Source: an uncultured Bifidobacterium sp.
GTDB lineage: Bacteria > Planctomycetota > Phycisphaerae > Phycisphaerales > SM1A02
Direction: 5' to 3'
Length of the DNA: 61,879 nt
Assembly (NCBI GenBank): GCA_964552505.1
Contig: CAZKHO010000001.1
Coordinates: forward strand, 1-61,879
The notes beneath the pieces were generated by a model, which was not told the DNA's origin, made no database searches, and saw only the letters and a program-made list of their open reading frames with translations. Position 1 is the stretch's first letter. Each line of letters opens with the position of its first letter. Positions 17,956 to 26,293 of this stretch are shown in pieces. A program made the translations under genes and the position numbers.

Positions 17956-18133
17956 GGCCGGAGCCCTCCGTGTGCGACGCGGCGTCCAGATCCTGCTCGG
18001 CCAGTCTGGCCAGCTCGTTGAAGGCGTCGTTGCCGTTGGCGTTGCGAGCCACCTTGGCCGACGCGCCGTACAGCGTGCCGGGACATGCGGCCAGCGCGCG
18101 CTCCACGGCTTCCCGGATCTGCGATTCGTTCAT
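17939..18133 (-). CDS. Small (64 aa) helical protein, first gene of the ATPase operon
   Basis: Overlaps the ATPase start by 17 nt. Plausible composition (MNESQIREAVERALAACPGTLYG...). No recognisable family. Confidence 0.45.
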   Translation of the reverse strand: MNESQIREAVERALAACPGTLYGASAKVARNANGNDAFNELARLAEQDLDAASHTEGSGHGPAR

Positions 18134-18239
18134 GGCGTGACCTGAACCTGAGCGATGGATGAAGCGACGGCCGGGACGGACGGCCGCACAAGACAGGAGG
18201 CGCCGAGTCTAGCGTGGGACGAGGTATCGTTGGGCGCCC

Positions 18240-18920
18240 ATGGGGTCTCCCCTCTCCGCCCTGCTCAACCTGCTGAAGTGGCCCATCGCCGCGGCGGTGG
18301 CGTTGCTGACACCCGCCGGCGCAGCGGCGCTCTGGCCGCTGCTGGTGGAGTCGTGGAATCGCAGCCTGTGGTGGACGCCCTTCGGCGTGGGGTTCATCGC
18401 GGCGCTGGGGTCGTGGACCTTTGTGGCGCGCCTGCGACCGGTGCGGTTCTGGTGCACCATGGAGCACGAGCTCACGCACGCGCTGTTCGCGTGGATGACG
18501 CTGGTGCCGGTGCTGGAGCTGCGCTCCACCGACGGCACCATGCACAGCGAGGACAACAGCGCCGGACACGTGCGACTGGGCGGCAGCAACTGGCTCATCT
18601 CCATCAGTCCGTACTTCTTCCCCACGCTGCCCGCCGCGCTGCTGCTGGCCACCTGGGCGCTGGCCACGCAGCCCTCGCCGCTGGCGCGCGCGCTGCTTGG
18701 CGCCGCCACCGCCTTCAGCCTGACCTCCACCTGGCAGGAGACCCATCGGCATCAGGTGGACCTTCGCCGCGTGGGGTTCCTCTTCAGCTGGCTGTTCCTG
18801 CCCGGCGCCAACCTGCTGGCGTACGGCCTGCTGCTGGCCAACGAGCTGGCCGGACCCGCCGGCGCCATCCGATACGCGGTGGGCGCCTTCACCGTGACCT
18901 GCCGCTGGATGGGCTTCTGA
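18240..18920 (+). CDS. Polytopic membrane protein with an HExxH motif (M50B-like putative metalloprotease)
   Basis: MEHELTHALFAW lies within or next to a TM helix. There are 5-6 hydrophobic helices. TAGCGT and TATCGT -10-like hexamers lie 25 and 11 nt upstream. Confidence 0.6.
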   Translation: MGSPLSALLNLLKWPIAAAVALLTPAGAAALWPLLVESWNRSLWWTPFGVGFIAALGSWTFVARLRPVRFWCTMEHELTHALFAWMTLVPVLELRSTDGTMHSEDNSAGHVRLGGSNWLISISPYFFPTLPAALLLATWALATQPSPLARALLGAATAFSLTSTWQETHRHQVDLRRVGFLFSWLFLPGANLLAYGLLLANELAGPAGAIRYAVGAFTVTCRWMGF

Positions 18921-18951
18921 ACGGACGGACTCGGCACCCGGAGAACCGAAC

Positions 18952-19434
18952 ATGCATCCGCTGCTCACCTTCCTGATTGGACTGGCGCTGGGCCTGGTGG
19001 CGCTGGCCATCGCCATGCTTCGCGCGCGGCTGCGGCACCAGCGCGAACTGGCCGCGGCCCGCCAGGACAGCGTCCGCCGCAGCCGCAGCACCCTGGGCGG
19101 CAAGATGGCCGAGCAGTTTGCGCCCATGCTGCCGGGCTTCGACGACGAGCCGGGCGACTGCAAGTTCCTGGGCGACCCGATCGACTACGTGGTGTTCCGC
19201 GGCCTCACGGAGGCGCGACATGGCGACGGTGCGCTGGACAATCTGGAGGTGGTGCTGCTGGACGTGAAGTCCGGCGCCAGCCAGATGAGCAAGTGGCAGC
19301 GCGCCATCGCGCAGGCCGTGCATGCCGGGCGGGTACGCTTCGAGGTGATCCGCGTGGACGAGCGCGGGACCTTGGTGCGCAAGCCGTACACCCCTCGCGG
19401 CGGCGACGCGCCCCCGACAGGAGACCGAGCATGA
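18952..19434 (+). CDS. TM-anchored Holliday-junction-resolvase-like endonuclease (COG4741-type)
   Basis: N-terminal TM LLTFLIGLALGLVALAIAML. Then KFLGDPIDYVVFRG...VVLLDVKSGASQMSKWQRAIAQAVHAGRVRFEVIRV, matching the Hjc-like PF10107/COG4741 pattern as remembered. Confidence 0.6.
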   Translation: MHPLLTFLIGLALGLVALAIAMLRARLRHQRELAAARQDSVRRSRSTLGGKMAEQFAPMLPGFDDEPGDCKFLGDPIDYVVFRGLTEARHGDGALDNLEVVLLDVKSGASQMSKWQRAIAQAVHAGRVRFEVIRVDERGTLVRKPYTPRGGDAPPTGDRA

Positions 19435-19880
19435 GCCACCCCAACGCGCCACGCACCGACGGACGCATGCGAGTGTCGCTGGATCCCGAGACCAGCGGCC
19501 CTGCCCCCACGCTGGAGAGCGTGCAGATGCGCCGCGTGGCCGGCGACCAGCTGGAGGTGCTGGTGCACTACGCGGTGGCGATGCCGTCCACCACCGAGGT
19601 CCGACTGGACTTTGGTCAGCTGCAGGTGCACGCCAAGGGCCAGCGTCGCGTGGCCCTCCACATCGAGGACTCCGGTCTCTGGCGCTCCAAGTGGAGCCAC
19701 GATCAAATCCAGCACGCGTGGCTGGACCAGGGGCGCACGCTGCGGGTGGAACTCCGACTGCCCTCGCGCCACGAGCAGGTGCCGCAGGACGCGCCCTTCG
19801 AGGCGCGCGCGTTTCCCGAGGAGCCGTGGACGATCATGACACGGCAGCAGTGGCTGGACGCGCTGGATCGGTACGGGTGA
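19431..19880 (+). CDS. Hypothetical protein, ATGA-coupled to the Hjc-like gene
   Basis: ATGA overlap at 19431-19434. Normal composition. No family recognised. Confidence 0.5.
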   Translation: MSHPNAPRTDGRMRVSLDPETSGPAPTLESVQMRRVAGDQLEVLVHYAVAMPSTTEVRLDFGQLQVHAKGQRRVALHIEDSGLWRSKWSHDQIQHAWLDQGRTLRVELRLPSRHEQVPQDAPFEARAFPEEPWTIMTRQQWLDALDRYG

Positions 19881-19915
19881 GGTTCAGGCCGGCGGGCGGG
19901 TGCTCTTGCAGCGCC

Positions 19916-20653
19916 TCACGCCCGATCGCCGCTCTCGCCACCACCCAGATCCAGTTCCGGCTCCTGAGCCTTCTCACGGGCCAGGTCCTGCGCAAAGCGC
20001 ACGATCAGCTGCCGCTCCACATCCGAAACATCCGGGGGCATGCCCTCAGGCATCGGAAGGCTGAGCTCCACCGGCTCCTCCTCCAGGTGGAGCGTGACGG
20101 TCTCGTTCGCCGGGCCGCTGGGCGCACCAATGGGGTCCGCTCGGACGGCGGGCTCGCGCGTGCTGGCTGCGGCAGCATGGGGCGCGGGAGGCGGCGGGGC
20201 CTGAGCCGAATGCTGCGCCCCCTCCTTCACAGCGGACGTGAGCGCGGGCTCCAGGGCCGGATGCGCGAGCGATGGAACCGCGGCATCCGCCGGCTGCACG
20301 GCCAACCCACGCGCCAGCACCGCCACGGCCACGCGCTCCTCGCTGGTCACGGGACAACCGGCCAGCGCCGCTCGAAGCTGCCGCACCCACTGCGCCGCCG
20401 CGGGGTGGGCCAGAAGCCAGCTCGCCACATCCTCAAGGTCGCCCGCCACGTCACGAAGGCCCGCACTTCCACGCTGCTGCGCCAGAGCGCGCCCCTGCTC
20501 CGCAAGGCTTCCTGCGCAATCCGCCGGAATGCGTCCGCAGCGGGACAGGCCCGCACGGACGGCCTCCGGCGACTGACCGGCCACGGTGGCCAGCCACGCC
20601 ACGGCACGCAGGCCGTTCACATGCGAGAGGTCGAAGGGTCCGGATGCGCTCAT
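19916..20653 (-). CDS. Hypothetical protein
   Basis: Best-composed ORF of the overlapping set; the plus-strand alternatives are Arg/Pro-rich shadows. Acidic C-terminus. No family recognised. Confidence 0.45.
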   Translation of the reverse strand: MSASGPFDLSHVNGLRAVAWLATVAGQSPEAVRAGLSRCGRIPADCAGSLAEQGRALAQQRGSAGLRDVAGDLEDVASWLLAHPAAAQWVRQLRAALAGCPVTSEERVAVAVLARGLAVQPADAAVPSLAHPALEPALTSAVKEGAQHSAQAPPPPAPHAAAASTREPAVRADPIGAPSGPANETVTLHLEEEPVELSLPMPEGMPPDVSDVERQLIVRFAQDLAREKAQEPELDLGGGESGDRA

Positions 20654-20731
20654 GGATTCATTCTCCTGGCTCGGACGGCGGGGTTGCGCGCCGAGGACCG
20701 AAGCCGCAGGGTCATGCTACTGGCTGCCTGA

Positions 20732-21124
20732 TCAGCCCCACGTGCCCGCCAGCAGGACGGTCACCAGCTCGTCACGGACCGAGTCCAGCAGGCCGCCCAT
20801 GCGGTGCCCAAGCACTTCCAGCACATGGTTTCCAGCCTCGTCGTCCCAGTCCAGTCGGCAGAGCTCCCCGCGGCCGTCCATGAAGCGCGCGGCCACCAGC
20901 TTCACGTCGTGCGCCGCCGGAATGGCCTGCGGCGCCGCGGTGCCGGCGGCGGCAGCCAGCAGTCCGCCCCACCACGATCGCCCCAGCGACGCCGCCTTCA
21001 TCGCAGGCGCGGGTGCGGGCAAGTCCAGCATCACCCGTCGATAGTCCACCAGCGGCGTCACGGACCGTCCCAGCGGGTGGAGCCGAAAGTCCAGTTCGGC
21101 CCGGGTGGGCCTTCGCCATCGCAT
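20732..21124 (-). CDS. Hypothetical protein (130 aa); only the 3' part of track ORF 20732..21982 is used
   Basis: Start chosen at MRWRRPT (ATG at 21124). The upstream part of the ORF is antisense to the well-supported TerB/J-domain gene. The start is uncertain. Confidence 0.35.
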   Translation of the reverse strand: MRWRRPTRAELDFRLHPLGRSVTPLVDYRRVMLDLPAPAPAMKAASLGRSWWGGLLAAAAGTAAPQAIPAAHDVKLVAARFMDGRGELCRLDWDDEAGNHVLEVLGHRMGGLLDSVRDELVTVLLAGTWG

Positions 21125-21180
21125 GCGATGCAGCGCCAGTTCGACGTCCGGATCCAGCGGCACGGGAGGCACGGCGCGCC

Positions 21181-21190
21181 AGTATAGATG
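21181..21190 (-). promoter_or_regulatory. AT-rich 10-mer CATCTATACT (read on the minus strand), a candidate -10 region
   Basis: The identical 10-mer occurs on the plus strand at 54014-54023 upstream of the second STAND gene. It contains TATACT. It lies in the 63-bp divergent intergenic region. Confidence 0.3.
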
Positions 21191-21937
21191 GATGCGCGCA
21201 CGCGCCGGGATACACTGCGGATCGTGTCGGCAGCCCAGACCACGTCCGGTGCTTCCAAGCCCTCCGCGCAGGGCTTCGCGTTCCTTCGAAACCTTGGATG
21301 GCTGGCCATCTGCGACGGCCCGCTGCGGCGCGCCGAAGCTGCGGCCCTGGCGCGGATCGCGGAAGCCAGCGAAGGTCTGCGTGGCTGCCTGGCGCCCACG
21401 CTGGCGCTGCTGGAGGAGATGGACTACGCCACCGTGGCCGACGCCTGCCGAGGCGTGGGCGAGCTGGCCTTCAACGATCGCCGGCGCCTGCTCCGATGCG
21501 CGGTGCAGGTGGCCCTGGCGGACGGTGGCCTCACGGTGGCCGAGGGACATGCGCTCCGCCTGATGGCCGATCTCTGCTGCGGCGGCGTGGGCGGCGAGCA
21601 GGAGCTGGCCAACGCCTATCGCGAGGTGACCAACCGTGCGCTGCCCGCGTTGGCCGACCCTTCGTCGGTGGAGTGGTGGCGCAACCAGGAGCTCACGGGC
21701 AAGGGCGGCGCCGACGACGAGGATCCGCACGCCGCCTCCGCGCGCCGCCGGCTGGAGAACCTGAACCTGCTGGGACTGGAGCCCAATGCCTCGCCGCCGG
21801 AGGTGGAGGCCCGTTTCCGGGATCTGATGAAGATGCTGCATCCGGATCGCTTCCACCACGATCCGCGTCTGGGATCGGTGGCCGCGGCGCTCTTCCAGCG
21901 CATCCAGACGGCACGCCGGGAGCTGATGGAGCCATGA
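21188..21937 (+). CDS. TerB-like domain plus C-terminal J-domain protein (DjlA-like architecture)
   Basis: TerB-like repeats LAICDGPLRRAEAAALARIAEA and ALADGGLTVAEGHALRLMADL. J domain NLLGLEPNASPPEVEARFRDLMKMLHPDRF carries the HPD motif. The start may instead be the GTG at 21224, because TATAGA overlaps the ATG. Confidence 0.75.
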   Translation: MDARTRRDTLRIVSAAQTTSGASKPSAQGFAFLRNLGWLAICDGPLRRAEAAALARIAEASEGLRGCLAPTLALLEEMDYATVADACRGVGELAFNDRRRLLRCAVQVALADGGLTVAEGHALRLMADLCCGGVGGEQELANAYREVTNRALPALADPSSVEWWRNQELTGKGGADDEDPHAASARRRLENLNLLGLEPNASPPEVEARFRDLMKMLHPDRFHHDPRLGSVAAALFQRIQTARRELMEP

Positions 21938-22236
21938 TCGACCTCTACGCGGTGATCGGACTGCCCGGCCCCGTGCCCGCACATCGGGTGGAGGAGGCGC
22001 TCTCCAATCCCGCGCTGCGATCGGAGACCCGGGATCTGGTGGCCTTCGTGCTGAAGGACCCCCACCGCCGTGCCACCTACGACGCCGCCTGGCGCATGCA
22101 CATGCTGAGCGCGGCGGTGCGTCGAGAGTGCGGCCTCACCGAGACGGTGCTGTGGAAGCGGACGCCGCCCCTGCAGGCGCCCGCGGCGTGGGATCCGGCG
22201 TCCAAGGTGGAGTTGATGGTTCTGAGGGGTGGGTGA
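21934..22236 (+). CDS. Small J-like protein lacking the HPD motif
   Basis: ATGA overlap with the upstream gene. IDLYAVIGLPGPVPAHRVEEA...KDPHRRATYDAAW resembles J-domain helices I-II and the end of helix III, but no HPD is present. Confidence 0.5.
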   Translation: MIDLYAVIGLPGPVPAHRVEEALSNPALRSETRDLVAFVLKDPHRRATYDAAWRMHMLSAAVRRECGLTETVLWKRTPPLQAPAAWDPASKVELMVLRGG

Positions 22237-24000
22237 ATGACGGGAGGTGGACCACGCCAACGAACGCCATTCGTCGCGTGGAAACGCTCTCTCCGCGACA
22301 TCCTGAAGGATCAGCAGAACTGGAATCTGCATGCGCGAGAGAGGGAGATCCATCAGGTCTCGCAGCGAGCGATTCTTCCGAAGCGCATCAAACGGATGGC
22401 GCTGGACATCATCCTGGGGGTGCCGATCGGCCTGCTCGTCGTTCGCAGGACCGGCTCCGATGCGGCGAACCCGCGCCACCATCTGGTGGACGGACTGCTC
22501 CGATGCCTGCTGCTCCGGCACCTGTTCCAGACGCCTGACGGAGCGCCGGAGCACGCGGAATGGCCGTGCGTGGATCTCCGGAAGCTGTTCGGGAGCGGAC
22601 GCCGCCCACTCGATCGGGGACAGGCTCTTCGTCGCCTTCGCGACGAGGAACGGCTGGGGTCCGCCATCCTTCCAAAGGCTGCGGAACGCCCACGTGTCGG
22701 GCGTCTGGCGCTCTGGCGCCTGATGGGGAGCGAGCCGTCGCCGGAGGATCGTCTCCCGGTGGACCCCGCGCATGCACTCGGCTGGGAACTGCTGCGGGAG
22801 CGCGTTGCCGAATTCCCGGTGTACGTGGCGTGCCTCAACGGAACCCCGAGCCTGGCCGAACGCGACGCACGAGCGGATCGATGCCAGCAGTCACTCAACG
22901 TTCCAAGCCACCGGCGCTCACTGGGCGTGCAACGGAGGGGCTACCGCCTGCTCTGGGATCACTTCGAGGCGTCCCTGACATCCGCTGGCGCGGATCCGCG
23001 TGAAGTGAGCGCGTGGCTGGAAGTCTCGGGGAACAACGCAGAGGCGACGGCCTTTCTGCTCCGGCTGATCGCCGACCGCGCCGCCCCGGATGCCGAACCA
23101 TCGCAGCCGCGCATCATCGCCAAGGGGCTCTCCCCTGAGGACTGCGCAGCACATCTGCCAGCACTGGCTGCGGGCATTCGCGACACGCATGCGTTCTGGC
23201 AACGGCGGTGCCTGACCATCACCAAGCCATACTGGTACCTGGTGTCCGGATTGGCCCATCGCCTGGACGCGTTCAGCGCCTCGGAACTTGAAGGGCCGTT
23301 CACCGCCAGATTCTGGCGGATGCTCATGGCCGACATCCCCCAGGATCCCCGCGTCATCCGCTCGATGCTCGACGGATCGAGGCAATGGCCCGAGCCGCTC
23401 GTCGCCAACCCCCTGTCGTTCGTCCGACGCATGCTTGATTGGGCGCCGGAGCACTCGGAACAATCGCTGCGAGCCCTCCTGGACTTCCTGCTGTCCCCGG
23501 ATTCCGTGGCCGGGGGCACACCGCTCCCGCAGCACGCGCGCCCGGACGGCACGATGCAGCCCGCTCACGCATTCCTGCGCGAGGCGATGCGGAACGGGGA
23601 ATCCTGCGATCTGGACCACATCATTCCCGAGTCCGCCTTGCGGGAGTGCAAGGCCAGATCCGTGGTCCAGTCGCCGCTGAACAAGTGGGCGCTGCCTTCA
23701 GGCATGAACCGAAGCAAGAACGACCGCCCGCTGCCCGATTTCGCGCGCTCCTCCTACCTGACCATGCTTGAGCGCGGCCGCATCGATGACTGCCTGTCAC
23801 AATGGACCAACTCGCACGGATTCCACTGGCTTCCTCTCGAGGAGGGCGCTACGACATCGCAGCTGCAGACGCTTCTGGCGGACCGGAGCGGTTTCTTCTG
23901 GAAGAGGCTGGAGCGCCTGCAACCCAGCGACGCATCCGTGTCTCCCGGCCAGGTCCGCGGACTTCTGCTGGAAGGCCTCCGCGAACGCTGGGGCGGCTAA
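22237..24000 (+). CDS. Large protein with a C-terminal Cas9/McrA-type HNH endonuclease motif
   Basis: CDLDHIIPESALRE...SPLNKWALPSGMNRSKNDRPLP parallels D-x-DHI-x-P-x-S...NK-x-L...NR-x-K-x-D-x-P of Cas9-type HNH domains. The ATG directly follows the previous stop. The N-terminal 450 aa are unassigned. Confidence 0.7.
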   Translation: MTGGGPRQRTPFVAWKRSLRDILKDQQNWNLHAREREIHQVSQRAILPKRIKRMALDIILGVPIGLLVVRRTGSDAANPRHHLVDGLLRCLLLRHLFQTPDGAPEHAEWPCVDLRKLFGSGRRPLDRGQALRRLRDEERLGSAILPKAAERPRVGRLALWRLMGSEPSPEDRLPVDPAHALGWELLRERVAEFPVYVACLNGTPSLAERDARADRCQQSLNVPSHRRSLGVQRRGYRLLWDHFEASLTSAGADPREVSAWLEVSGNNAEATAFLLRLIADRAAPDAEPSQPRIIAKGLSPEDCAAHLPALAAGIRDTHAFWQRRCLTITKPYWYLVSGLAHRLDAFSASELEGPFTARFWRMLMADIPQDPRVIRSMLDGSRQWPEPLVANPLSFVRRMLDWAPEHSEQSLRALLDFLLSPDSVAGGTPLPQHARPDGTMQPAHAFLREAMRNGESCDLDHIIPESALRECKARSVVQSPLNKWALPSGMNRSKNDRPLPDFARSSYLTMLERGRIDDCLSQWTNSHGFHWLPLEEGATTSQLQTLLADRSGFFWKRLERLQPSDASVSPGQVRGLLLEGLRERWGG

Positions 24001-25169
24001 ACCCGCATCGCCGCAAAGCTCTCCCCCCGCCGCCCGATCTCGCGCTGCCGCTCCGCCGCGTCGCTTCCACCCGTGATCAGCCACAGGATGCGGCGCCGGC
24101 AGTCCAGCGTGCGCGCCCCCTGCCCGTCGGTCATGAAGATCACGCCGTCGATGCGCTGCGCACGTTCGTTCACCCACGCGATGGCGGGGTCGAAGTCCGT
24201 GCCACCGCCGCCCGAGGTCTCGGTGGGCGCCTGCCCCCGATAGTTCCAGACGCGCCCCACCTCCTGGTCGCTTTCCACCACGGTGATGGTGGCACCAGCC
24301 CGCCAGATGGCCCGCACCTCGCCGAAGAAGGCGGCCAGCTGCCGCGGCTCGATGGAACCGCTGGTGTCCAGCACCACCGCCAGATGGCTGAGGGGCTGCA
24401 CCCGGATCCCCGGCACCTTGCCGAACCGCTTGGAGGGCCGCTTGAGCGTGGTGCGGATGCGCGTGCGGCGGCTGCCGGTGCCGAACAGTCGGACCATGCG
24501 CCGCCAGTCTCGGGTGCCCGTGCCATGGGCCACGGTCTCCTCCACCACGCGCCGCAGATCGCCGGGGAGCCGGGCCAGCGCCTCGGCACCCGCGGCCTGC
24601 GCCCCCTGACGGACCACCTCGGCCGTCACCGCGGCCGCCGCGACGGGATCTCCCTCCGCCCAGATCTCCGCACCCTGCCCGCGCGTGTCCGATGACTGCT
24701 GCAGGGCCGTGGCCGCCGCGCCCGAGGCCAGACGCGCGTAATACCACTCCATGGTCTGGCCCCACAGGCGGTCGCCGAGTGCCAGCAGGCCAGGCGTGTC
24801 GATGCGGAGGGCGCTCGCAGGCAGCAGTTCCTCCTCCACCAGGCAGTTCACCGCCAGGTCCGCCGCCACGTTCATGCGCTCCGCATGTTCCAGCTGTCTG
24901 GCACGCTGCAGGTGCCCCAGCACCACATGCAGGATCTCGTGCTTGAGCACTCCAACGCGGTGCGCGTCGCTTTCCAGCGTGCGCAGCCAGAACACCGGGT
25001 TCACCAGAAGATGCAGCGCGCCGTTGCGGACGGTGACCGCCGCGGTCTCCACCTCCTCGGTCACCACGCGGATGGCGCAGAGCAGGACGTGCCCGTAGAA
25101 CGGGTTCACCAGCAGCAGCCGACTTGCCGCACGCTCCAGCGACGCCAGCACCGCCTGCCGGTCATGCAT
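23997..25169 (-). CDS. VWA-domain protein with an N-terminal HExxH putative metallopeptidase domain (DUF2201-like)
   Basis: HEILHVVLGH motif. MIDAS VVLDTSGSI. GGGGTDF and FMTDGQG motifs. Overlaps the MoxR gene stop by 8 nt. Confidence 0.8.
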   Translation of the reverse strand: MHDRQAVLASLERAASRLLLVNPFYGHVLLCAIRVVTEEVETAAVTVRNGALHLLVNPVFWLRTLESDAHRVGVLKHEILHVVLGHLQRARQLEHAERMNVAADLAVNCLVEEELLPASALRIDTPGLLALGDRLWGQTMEWYYARLASGAAATALQQSSDTRGQGAEIWAEGDPVAAAAVTAEVVRQGAQAAGAEALARLPGDLRRVVEETVAHGTGTRDWRRMVRLFGTGSRRTRIRTTLKRPSKRFGKVPGIRVQPLSHLAVVLDTSGSIEPRQLAAFFGEVRAIWRAGATITVVESDQEVGRVWNYRGQAPTETSGGGGTDFDPAIAWVNERAQRIDGVIFMTDGQGARTLDCRRRILWLITGGSDAAERQREIGRRGESFAAMRV

Positions 25170-26277
25170 GCCCCAGCCTCATGAGCGGCGCGTGCTCCAG
25201 CAGGAACGCCGTGACCTGCATGGTGGCGGCCTTGCGGAGGAACGCCTGGCGCGCGTCCGCCGGCAGGCGCTCCCACATGAGAAGCTCGATCAGGTTGCGC
25301 CGTTGCCGTTCCCCGACGGTGCCCATCCGGGACAGATGCGCGGCCAGCCGATCCAGCATCATCATCATGCGGTCCACGCGCGGGGCCGCGCCCGGTGGAT
25401 GCACCAGGGCCTCCAGCCGCTGCAGCAGCCGCTCCTCCGCCAGCCTCTCCAGCAGGTCCTCGGCGGACGGGAGCCGGGCCATCCCTCCCTGCACGAAAGC
25501 CAGGAAGCTTCCGGCCGCGGCCGGCTCGATGCACCCTGTGGCGATCATGGCCACCAGATCGTGGTGCGCCGCCAGATCCTCCAAACCACGCAGATGCTCG
25601 AAGAGGTTGGTGAGACTGCGCGGCGTGGTGCGCCCCGTGCCCACCAGCTCCGGATAGGCCAGCACGAACTCGATGCCCCGCGAATCCACCCCCGCCGACG
25701 CCGCCCAGGTGGCCCACGCCTTGGCGTCGAAGGTCATGGTGGCGTGCATCATGCGCGTCAGCAGCGCGTCGTCCATGGGCGTGACGGAGAACTCGCCGCC
25801 GTCGGGATTGGCCGTCAGGAAGATCTGCCAGCGCTCCGGCAGCCCCCAGTTGAACATGCGGCGGTCCTGCAGCAGCTGCATGATGCCGCGCAGGATCCGG
25901 TCGTCGGCGCGGTTCACGTCGTCCAGCAGCAGGATGCCTTCGCCCCCCCGCTGGTGCATCTGCTGCGCCCACTCCGGCATGACGTACATGGTGTAGTCGT
26001 CGGTGGGATCGTCCGGCGTGTTGGGGTCGATGACCTTGGGCATGCCCGTGAGGTCTCCCATCTCCTCGAACTGCGCAGGATTGACCTGCAGGAAGTTCAC
26101 CCGGCGCGCCGCGGCGAAGTCGCGGATGCTCTGAGTCTTGCCGATGCCTGGCAGGCCCCAGACGCAGAGCGGCACGGGCTGCAGGCCGCGGCGCATGCGG
26201 TCCACGTTGGCGTCGTAGACATGCGAGATCAGGCGGTGGTAGCGCTCGCCGGAGACTTCAGGGCCGTGCACGATCAT
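25162..26277 (-). CDS. MoxR-like AAA+ ATPase (AAA_5 type)
   Basis: Walker A VWGLPGIGKTQS. Walker B ILLLDDVNRADD. Sensor-like FLTANP. Confidence 0.85.
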   Translation of the reverse strand: MIVHGPEVSGERYHRLISHVYDANVDRMRRGLQPVPLCVWGLPGIGKTQSIRDFAAARRVNFLQVNPAQFEEMGDLTGMPKVIDPNTPDDPTDDYTMYVMPEWAQQMHQRGGEGILLLDDVNRADDRILRGIMQLLQDRRMFNWGLPERWQIFLTANPDGGEFSVTPMDDALLTRMMHATMTFDAKAWATWAASAGVDSRGIEFVLAYPELVGTGRTTPRSLTNLFEHLRGLEDLAAHHDLVAMIATGCIEPAAAGSFLAFVQGGMARLPSAEDLLERLAEERLLQRLEALVHPPGAAPRVDRMMMMLDRLAAHLSRMGTVGERQRRNLIELLMWERLPADARQAFLRKAATMQVTAFLLEHAPLMRLGHA

Positions 26278-26293
26278 GGGGGGCGTTCCTCGC

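Noticed and set aside
15985-18021. 678-aa plus-strand ORF opposite the Rad50-like ATPase
   Set aside because: The minus-strand frame carries Walker A, signature, Walker B and the CPVCG hook. The plus-strand frame is Arg/Leu/Gly/Gln-rich with no motif.
21125-21982. Upstream two-thirds of minus-strand ORF 20732..21982 (416 aa)
   Set aside because: It is antisense to the TerB/J-domain gene, which has an HPD motif and is clearly real. Only the non-overlapping 3' part (20732..21124) was kept, at low confidence.
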